64,000 nt of DNA from an uncultured Roseobacter sp. (GTDB taxonomy: Bacteria > Pseudomonadota > Alphaproteobacteria > Rhodobacterales > Rhodobacteraceae), in the NCBI RefSeq assembly GCF_947495025.1, contig NZ_CANLXG010000002.1, positions 994,124-1,058,123 of the forward strand, written 5' to 3'. Shown one piece after another: positions 57,420-64,000 of this stretch (the first letter of the stretch is position 1; every line of letters begins with the position of its first letter). Made by a program: the position numbers and the translations under genes. The notes below the pieces were generated by a model that was not told where the DNA came from, searched no databases, and saw nothing but the letters and a program-made list of their open reading frames with translations.

Positions 57420-58151
57420 ATGGCTCAGATATTCGCATCGGAACGCAGTCAGGTCAGCACCTCTGCCGCCAAATCCGGCAGAGGAAGTGGCGACACTGCT
57501 CCCGAACTGGTGCTTGCTGATCTTCAGAGCGATGCGGACCGGAGTGCCGCAACAGGGCGTCTTGCGCAGATGCAGAGCCGCGAGCGTGGTCCGGCACAGC
57601 GTATGGAGGAGGAAGAGCTGCAGGGCAAATTTATTGGTGAGCCGGCCCAGCGAATGGAGGAAGAAGAGGCTTTGCAGGGTAAGTTTACCGGCGACACGGT
57701 CCAGCGGATGGAAGAAGAGGAACTGCAGGGCAGGTTTGCTGAAAAGCCGGCCCAGCGGATGGACGAAGAAGAAGCGCTCCAGGGTAAGTTCGCCGCAGCA
57801 CCCGTTCAGCGCACAGAGGACGGCGGCGGGATGCCTGCGGGTCTGAAGGCAGGTGTTGAAAGCCTTTCCGGGATGGCGATGGACGACGTAAAAGTACATT
57901 ATAACTCGTCAAAGCCCGCGGCGCTGCAGGCGCATGCCTATGCGCAGGGCACCGATATTCACCTCGGCCCCGGGCAGGAGAAACACCTGGGCCATGAAGC
58001 CTGGCACGTCGCTCAGCAGAAACAGGGCCGGGTCAAACCCACGATGGAAATGGGCGGCACGCCTGTGAATGATGATGCGGGTCTGGAAAGCGAGGCCGAC
58101 ACGATGGGTGCCAAAGCCGCTCAGATGGCGTCAAAGGATCCGGAGACCTGA
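57420..58151 (+). CDS. DUF4157 (eCIS core) domain protein without C-terminal toxin domain
   Basis: MPAGLKAGVESLSGMAMDDVKVHYNSSKPAALQAHAYAQGTDIHLGPGQEKHLGHEAWHVAQQKQGRVKPT, the canonical DUF4157 with HExxH; start placed at MAQIF. Confidence 0.92.
   Translation: MAQIFASERSQVSTSAAKSGRGSGDTAPELVLADLQSDADRSAATGRLAQMQSRERGPAQRMEEEELQGKFIGEPAQRMEEEEALQGKFTGDTVQRMEEEELQGRFAEKPAQRMDEEEALQGKFAAAPVQRTEDGGGMPAGLKAGVESLSGMAMDDVKVHYNSSKPAALQAHAYAQGTDIHLGPGQEKHLGHEAWHVAQQKQGRVKPTMEMGGTPVNDDAGLESEADTMGAKAAQMASKDPET
57591..57812 (+). repeat. Four in-frame tandem repeats of (P/T)(A/V)QRM(E/D)EEE(A)LQG(K/R)F
   Basis: Units of 17, 18, 17 and 18 aa, visible in DNA as repeated CAGCGxATGGAxGAxGAAGAG, followed by a partial PVQR. 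Confidence 0.9.
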
Positions 58152-58190
58152 TCTCACGCTGCCCACCCGAACACTTCGCCCCAGGCGGAC

Positions 58191-58865
58191 TCAGATCACC
58201 TTGATCACGTCTTTGTCGATGGCCAGCATGTAACCGCGCCGCGCGATATTCTTGACGAGCAGTTCAGATACGATCTGGTTGCCAAGCGTATCCCGAAGAC
58301 GTTTGATACGGGTAGCACCGGCGGCTTCTTCGCAATCTGCCGGGCTGCGGCCCGAGATCATCCCTTCGATTTCTGACCCCGACAAAACGTCATCGTCCAT
58401 CCGGGCTTCAGCCAGTACCGACATTGTCTCCATGGCTGCATCAGTCAGGCGGAAGCCAAGGTTATTCAGATAGACGGTGTTTTCCTCGCGGCTGATCAAC
58501 AGTGAACTGACCTGGATACCGGCACGTTCGATCTGAGCCATACGGCGATTAAAGCCGACAAGCAGCACCAGAAACACCAGTGCTGCGACGAGCATTGCCG
58601 TCGCAAAAACCAGCAGCACAAAAATCACCAGCCGGTAACTGGCCAGCGTATCGGAAAACGCTGTGCCTGACTGGGCCAGTATCTCAAGCAGCTTTATCTC
58701 GGCCTGTGCCGTCAGGTTGTCGTTTTCGATAAACAGCCGTTCAACACGGGCATTGAAAGCATTTGCATCGGGCAGTGCCCAGAACAGCATTGCCGCGGCA
58801 ACGGCCAGTATCAGGACAATACCCACAATACCAAAAACCGCGATCCGCCCGCCAGAGCGGCGCAT
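58191..58865 (-). CDS. Membrane-anchored protein with C-terminal winged-helix DNA-binding domain
   Basis: Two TM segments, then FRLTDAAMETMSVLA...RIKRLRDTLG...VKNIARRGYML (OmpR-type wHTH end); start uncertain (58865 or GTG 58895). Confidence 0.7.
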   Translation of the reverse strand: MRRSGGRIAVFGIVGIVLILAVAAAMLFWALPDANAFNARVERLFIENDNLTAQAEIKLLEILAQSGTAFSDTLASYRLVIFVLLVFATAMLVAALVFLVLLVGFNRRMAQIERAGIQVSSLLISREENTVYLNNLGFRLTDAAMETMSVLAEARMDDDVLSGSEIEGMISGRSPADCEEAAGATRIKRLRDTLGNQIVSELLVKNIARRGYMLAIDKDVIKVI

Positions 58866-58866
58866 G

Positions 58867-59154
58867 TCAGAAGCGGAGGTAGTTTGGTCCTGCACTCTGT
58901 TTCCTTTCAGCCAGCCCGTCGGCATTAAACACTGACACGATGTTCAGCAAGGTCCAGCCCTGCGCGGAAAGACGCGCAGAAAGCTCTGCTCTTGCGGCCT
59001 GCTTCGAACACTGTGAGATCTCGGCCACGCCATAGTGCAGCCGCAGCGGGTTATCCTGTTTGGCTTTGTAATCAGCATAGCAGTCGGCAGCCTGAACGAC
59101 GTTGCCGATGCATATCGCGATGGTCAGCACAAAGATGAGAGCGGTCTGTTTCAT
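58867..59154 (-). CDS. Conserved-looking secreted hypothetical protein
   Basis: Signal peptide MKQTALIFVLTIAICIGNVVQA, then DCYADYKAKQDNPLRLHYGV; stop 1 bp from the next start. Confidence 0.7.
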   Translation of the reverse strand: MKQTALIFVLTIAICIGNVVQAADCYADYKAKQDNPLRLHYGVAEISQCSKQAARAELSARLSAQGWTLLNIVSVFNADGLAERKQSAGPNYLRF

Positions 59155-59329
59155 ACCCCGACTTTGCGCCTGCATACCGGGATATTCAATAACAAAGGGG
59201 GTTTAGCGCCGCTGTTATCAGATAGCAGCCGGGCGATATTGCCTGTCGGCGGGGAGTGGGGCCAGTTTGATTGCACAACAGGCCGCCGGTCAGCGGATGG
59301 CCCGCAGAAAACTCGAAAGGACCAGCCTC

Positions 59330-59803
59330 ATGTACAGGAAATTCATTGCCACAGTCGCCGCCGCCGCCGTCTGCATCACCGCTGTTGGTGCCGCGCCGGC
59401 CAAAGCCGATGAGGATGTACTGAGGGCACTGGCGGCGATTGCCGGTGTTGCGATCGTCGCCAAAGTGATCAGCGACCGGAACGACCGTAAGCGCAATAAA
59501 GCTGTAACCCGTAACACGTATAAACCGGTGCAGCGCAGTCTTGATCCGGTTTACCGGCTGGAGCCACGTCCACTGCCCCGTCGCGCCCAGCGACGCCTGT
59601 TGCCGGGCGACTGCCTGCGCAGCATTCCGACGCGCGACAGAACATACCGCGTTTTCGGTAAGCGCTGCCTCGAGAAACACTACAGCTATACCAACGAACT
59701 TCCCCATTCCTGCAAGGTGAAGTTCAAAGGCCCGAACGGCAAGCGCAGAGGCTGGGATGCCCGCTGCCTGCGCCGTGAGGGGTACCAGTTGGCCCGCCGC
59801 TGA
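59330..59803 (+). CDS. Secreted Arg-rich hypothetical protein
   Basis: Signal peptide MYRKFIATVAAAAVCITAVGAAPAKA; four Cys in the C-terminal half; AAGGA RBS. Confidence 0.7.
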   Translation: MYRKFIATVAAAAVCITAVGAAPAKADEDVLRALAAIAGVAIVAKVISDRNDRKRNKAVTRNTYKPVQRSLDPVYRLEPRPLPRRAQRRLLPGDCLRSIPTRDRTYRVFGKRCLEKHYSYTNELPHSCKVKFKGPNGKRRGWDARCLRREGYQLARR

Positions 59804-59895
59804 GGACGGGTCATCGCTGGCGCCGCCCGACCCCGGCCGGTGCCACACCTGGGGAGGGGGTGTTCGGGCACTTCCTCCCAATTTAACCAGTGCGG

Positions 59896-59928
59896 CGCGC
59901 GTTCCGGGAAGGGGACGCGCGTTTTTTT
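59896..59928 (+). terminator. Intrinsic terminator
   Basis: CGCGCGTTCC-loop-GGGACGCGCG hairpin followed by T7. Confidence 0.7.
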
Positions 59929-59974
59929 GTGCCTGCGGGTTGAACTGTTGCTGTGTTCGGTCAATCACAGGGGG

Positions 59975-60602
59975 ATGAAACCGGATTTTGACATGGAACG
60001 CGCTGTCATGGCGATCGGCACCGAGCGGGTGGCCGGCGTGGATGAAGTGGGGAGGGGGCCCCTCGCCGGGCCGGTTACGGCCGCGGCCGTCATCCTTGAC
60101 CCTGACAATATCCCCGACGGCCTGAACGATTCAAAGCAGTTGTCGAAAAAGCGCCGGGAACACCTGGCGGACCTGCTGATGGCATGTGCGGAGGTCTCGG
60201 TCGGGCATGCGTCTGTTGCCGAGATCGAGCAGATGAATATCCTGCGGGCCAGTCATATTGCCATGCAGCGGGCTCTGGCCGGTCTAAGGTCAGCACCGGA
60301 TCACGTGCTGATCGACGGGTCCATGATCCCGCGGGGGCTCAATCTGCCCGCGACGCCGGTTGTAAAGGGAGACACCCGGTGCCTGTCCATTTCGGCTGCG
60401 TCGATTGTCGCGAAAATTGCCCGTGACAGGATCATGGTGGATTTGGCGCAACAGCATCCCGGCTATGGATGGGAAACCAACATGGGATATGGATCAAAAA
60501 GTCACATGGAGGCGCTTCAAAATCTTGGGCCGACCCCACACCATAGACGTACTTTCCGGCCGGTCCACAATATGTTGTATCAAGAGAAAATCGTAAGCAG
60601 TT

Positions 60603-60604
<2 letters not shown>
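59975..60604 (+). CDS. rnhB: Ribonuclease HII
   Basis: AGVDEVGRGPLAGPV, LNDSKQLS, VLIDG, VKGD and ISAASIVAKIARD motifs. Confidence 0.96.
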
Positions 60605-61792
<1,188 letters not shown>

Positions 61793-61867
61793 ACATACGA
61801 AATTCACGAACACCGCCGGTGCCTGTGGCCTTCTGAACGAGGCTGCCTGTAAAGGCACACACCTCAG

Positions 61868-61895
61868 ACCCCGCCATTTATGGCGGGGTTTTTTT
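61868..61895 (+). terminator. Intrinsic terminator after ccrM
   Basis: ACCCCGCCA-TTTA-TGGCGGGGT hairpin followed by a T-run. Confidence 0.8.
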
Positions 61896-62325
61896 ACAGC
61901 CCGTACCGGGGTTTCCTTTTCTGACGGGCCTTGAGCGCATCATGAATGAAACGGGCACCAAAGTCAGACTTGTCCACGACATGGCGAACCCCCGCAATTT
62001 GTGCCTTCTGATACATAAACGGTGTCGGAAAATCACTGACCATGATCACCGGAATATCTGCATGCGCAGGGTCCTCGGACAGTTCGACAGCGAAATTCGC
62101 ACCGATACCGTCCGGCAGACTGTTGTCCAGCAGGATCAGATCGGTGCGCATCTGCTTTACACGGTCGCGCGCTTCGGCAAGGGTCGCGGCCATAACGACC
62201 TTCATGTTGCTGAAACTGCGGGCCATGATACGGCGAAATTTTTCCTGATCGAATGCGCTGTCCTCGACGACCAGACAGGTCCCGTTGTTCCCGCCGCCGA
62301 CAGCGCTCATTGCCTGAACATACAT
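61894..62325 (-). CDS. Single-domain response regulator
   Basis: LVVEDS, LILLDNSLPDG (phospho-Asp), PVIMVS and conserved Lys in VVDKS. Confidence 0.88.
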   Translation of the reverse strand: MYVQAMSAVGGGNNGTCLVVEDSAFDQEKFRRIMARSFSNMKVVMAATLAEARDRVKQMRTDLILLDNSLPDGIGANFAVELSEDPAHADIPVIMVSDFPTPFMYQKAQIAGVRHVVDKSDFGARFIHDALKARQKRKPRYGL

Positions 62326-62411
62326 AATAAACTCTCACGCCTCTCCACCTGATCAGGCACCATGGCAGAGAACCACTAACAATTGGTTTGCGCTGTTATG
62401 ATCCGGGGTGT

Positions 62412-63533
62412 TCAGGTGCCGTTGTACGGGGTCCAGTCGTCAATATCCGGATAGTGCCGGGCGCGCCATTGCCGGACGCGCGGGTTCATGATCCGCCGCC
62501 AGAGCGGAGGAAACATCGCCGCCATTGTCATCACAGGATATCCGTAGGGCAGCTGGGGTGCTTCGGCTTCCGGATAGGTCTGCAGCACCGGAAAACGTCT
62601 GTCAGGCTTGAAATGGTGGTCAGAATGCCGTTGCAGATTGATCAGCAGCCAGTTCGACGCGCGCTGATCCGAGTTCCAGGAGTGATGCGGCTGAACAGGT
62701 TCAAACCGGTTATCGTCGAGCTGCCTGCGGGTAAGGCCGTAGTGTTCGATATAGTTCACCAGCTCCAGCTGCCACACGGCAGTACCCGCCTGAACAGCAA
62801 AGAGCCCCAGGCCCGACCAGCCACCGAGCATCAAAGCCAGCGTGATCATGCCCGACTGCAGGATCAGATACCGCAGGAACGGGTTGGCCGGCGTCTTCCA
62901 GGCCAGTCCCCGACGCGCCAGCATCCGCGTCTCTGCACGCCATGCAGACACAAACGACTGGCGCAGAACGCGCGGATAAAACCGATGGAAACCTTCGTTA
63001 TACCGCGCTGTGACTGCATCCCGCGGTGTGCCCACCCAACGATGGTGCACCAGCAGGTGTTCGGACCGGAAATGGGAATAAAGTACCATGGCCAGCAGAA
63101 TATCGGCCATCCAGCGTTCAGCCCGGCTGCGCTGATGCATCAGCTCATGGCTGTAGTTGATGCCGATCGTGCCGGTAATGACCCCAACGCCAAAGAACAG
63201 CCCGATCCGTTCCGGCGTGCTGAGATGGCCGGCCTGCGGGACGTACCACACAAGCCAGAAAAGCATCACGAACTGCAGCGGTGTCCAGATCAGAGTGATC
63301 AGCGTGTGCCATCGCAGCGCATGCGCCGGGGTCATCGGATCGGCATTATCAGTGTTGCGGCCGATCGCCAGATCCAGGCCGGAAAACAGATACCATGTCA
63401 CAAGGGGCAGAAGCGCGATCGTCCAGCCCCCCTGCAGCGCGCCCACAACGGCGAGCGGCGGCAGAGCGAGCGAGACCCAGAAAGGTGCGGCACTGGGTGG
63501 CCGGGTTTCTGGTATGGCTGTTTCAGCTGGCAT
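62412..63533 (-). CDS. alkB: Alkane 1-monooxygenase (membrane di-iron hydroxylase)
   Basis: His boxes HELMH, EHLLVHH, NYIEHYG and LQRHSDHH. Confidence 0.92.
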   Translation of the reverse strand: MPAETAIPETRPPSAAPFWVSLALPPLAVVGALQGGWTIALLPLVTWYLFSGLDLAIGRNTDNADPMTPAHALRWHTLITLIWTPLQFVMLFWLVWYVPQAGHLSTPERIGLFFGVGVITGTIGINYSHELMHQRSRAERWMADILLAMVLYSHFRSEHLLVHHRWVGTPRDAVTARYNEGFHRFYPRVLRQSFVSAWRAETRMLARRGLAWKTPANPFLRYLILQSGMITLALMLGGWSGLGLFAVQAGTAVWQLELVNYIEHYGLTRRQLDDNRFEPVQPHHSWNSDQRASNWLLINLQRHSDHHFKPDRRFPVLQTYPEAEAPQLPYGYPVMTMAAMFPPLWRRIMNPRVRQWRARHYPDIDDWTPYNGT

Positions 63534-63586
63534 GGCGCAATCCTAAGCCGCGCCGCATTGCTGCGCCAAGCATGACGCGACGACGC

Positions 63587-64000
63587 TCACCGGATAAGAT
63601 CGAAAGCTTTGCGCATGACAGTCGGCAGATCCGAAGGCCGGAAGTTTTCCGGAGCAACAAATGCCCCCCTGTCACATTGCGTTCCGGAATCGATCTGAGC
63701 CGTCCGGACCCTGAGCAGCAGATGAAAGTGGGTGAAGGTGTGACGTATCTCGGCATCAACCGGTTGCCAGTCTGCCGGGCAGGGCGGCGGCGTTTCGGGG
63801 AGTGGTTCAGAGACGTCAATCCAGTCCGATCCGGGCCAGCCGAGCATCCCGCCCAGCAGGCCTTTGTCAGGGCGGGTCTCAAGCAGCCAGGCGCCATCCC
63901 GGCGTTGCCCCACAAAGATGATCCCGTGGCGCACAGGTTTCGCCTTTTTGGGTTGTTTGCGCGGCAGGTCCGGTGCCGTGCCGAGTCGCCTGGCCTCGCA
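63587..64000 (-). CDS. mutY: A/G-specific adenine glycosylase, C-terminal part (5' end outside window)
   Basis: Frame is open to the window edge (CEARRLGTAPDLPRKQPKKAKP...); RPDKGLLGGMLGWP, IRHTFTHFHL and LPTVMRKAF match the MutY C-terminal domain. Confidence 0.9.
   Translation of the reverse strand, partial: CEARRLGTAPDLPRKQPKKAKPVRHGIIFVGQRRDGAWLLETRPDKGLLGGMLGWPGSDWIDVSEPLPETPPPCPADWQPVDAEIRHTFTHFHLLLRVRTAQIDSGTQCDRGAFVAPENFRPSDLPTVMRKAFDLIR

Larger units (their letters stand above)
25506..58151. other. Extracellular contractile injection system (eCIS) locus with accessory and cargo modules
   Basis: Cap, sheath, two tubes, LysM initiator, VgrG-like spike, PAAR, gp25, two baseplate proteins, fibre, tape measure and AAA ATPase are co-oriented with many 1-8 bp overlaps; DUF4157 gene at the right edge. 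No capsid, terminase, integrase or T6SS TssJLM membrane-complex genes seen. Confidence 0.93.

Noticed and set aside
57591-57812. Repeats as a possible CRISPR array
   Set aside because: They are in-frame coding repeats without unique spacers, and no cas genes are present.

Overview
The window looks like an alphaproteobacterial chromosome segment, most likely from the Roseobacter group (inferred from the gltD-gltB-mtgA-fzlA-queG and rnhB-ccrM/alkB-mutY gene orders). Both ends carry housekeeping genes: pncB, tRNA-Leu(CAG), uppP, gltDB, queG, msrAB, rnhB, ccrM, alkB and a partial mutY. The middle ~33 kb (25.5-58.2 kb) is an apparently complete extracellular contractile injection system (eCIS; Afp/PVC/MAC/AlgoCIS family). 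In transcription order on the minus strand it encodes cap (DUF4255), putative cap adaptor, sheath, two tubes, a small plug-like ORF missed by the ORF track, LysM initiator, VgrG-like spike, PAAR, gp25, two baseplate proteins, short fibre, tape measure and AAA+ ATPase. Five features set it apart. (1) The sheath carries an inserted cadherin/CSPG-like plus CshA-like Ig module. (2) A TbpB/fHbp-barrel-like lipoprotein gene is packed inside the baseplate genes. (3) A 1105-aa envelope protein (peptidoglycan-binding-like motif, catalytically degenerate GH18-like barrel, C-terminal TM helices) is coupled to the ATPase gene. (4) An upstream co-directional module encodes a glutamate-receptor-like channel, a methyltransferase, an SBP-permease fusion and a permease, with no ABC ATPase. 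(5) A divergent cargo cassette encodes a large putative toxin with a 4-helix membrane-localisation-like domain, a CesT/YbjN-like protein and a stand-alone DUF4157 protein; the toxin and the DUF4157 protein share an ungapped 26-aa N-terminal motif at the same position, a candidate loading signal. All domain assignments come from visual motif recognition; no database searches were run.
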